DNA of 64,000 bases from Lama glama (taxonomy: Eukaryota), in assembly GCA_028534125.1 (NCBI GenBank), contig CM052847.1, positions 19,344,001-19,408,000 on the forward strand. Reading direction: 5' to 3'. Below are positions 63,951 through 64,000 of the stretch, one piece after another. Under the pieces are notes generated by a model that was not told where the DNA came from, made no database searches, and saw only the letters and a list, made by a program, of their open reading frames with translations. Position numbers and translations under genes: made by a program. The stretch's first letter is position 1. Each line of letters opens with the position of its first letter.

Positions 63951-64000
63951 CACCAAAGCTAACTGTCCTGCTGCGATCAGGCCCCAGGTGTGGAGAGCGC

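Larger units (their letters stand above)
20603..64000 (-). other. TAF3: TAF3 intron 2 (partial; histone-fold exons lie beyond the right edge)
   Basis: Ends at acceptor AG 20603-20604. No histone-fold coding sequence seen. This intron is over 100 kb in human. Confidence 0.85.

Overview
Mammalian genomic DNA, most likely camelid (camel/alpaca), judged from six copies of a tRNA-derived SINE matching my recollection of the camelid Vic-1 family. The whole window lies inside TAF3 (TFIID subunit 3) on the minus strand. It holds the large exon 3 (18768-20602, 1835 nt), the 83-nt exon 4 (8845-8927, missed by the ORF track), all of intron 3 and parts of introns 2 and 4; exon numbers follow the human gene. 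The rest is intronic: L1, L2, MIR, MLT1 and hAT/Tigger relics, microsatellites, six N gaps and several motif-dense non-repeat blocks that may be long-range enhancers (GATA3 is TAF3's downstream neighbour in mammals). I see no prokaryote-style system and no well-supported new gene; almost all other ORF-track entries are spurious. The best leads are hypotheses: (1) a sharp GC/CpG shift in the 3' two-thirds of exon 3, echoed in neutral repeats, suggesting GC-biased gene conversion is remodelling the protein; (2) a perfect splice donor inside an intron-4 CpG island (poison exon or alternative first exon); (3) a candidate recursive splice site in intron 2; (4) duplicated short linear motifs in TAF3's disordered region. 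Repeat names and human comparisons come from memory and need RepeatMasker or alignment; repeat boundaries are approximate.
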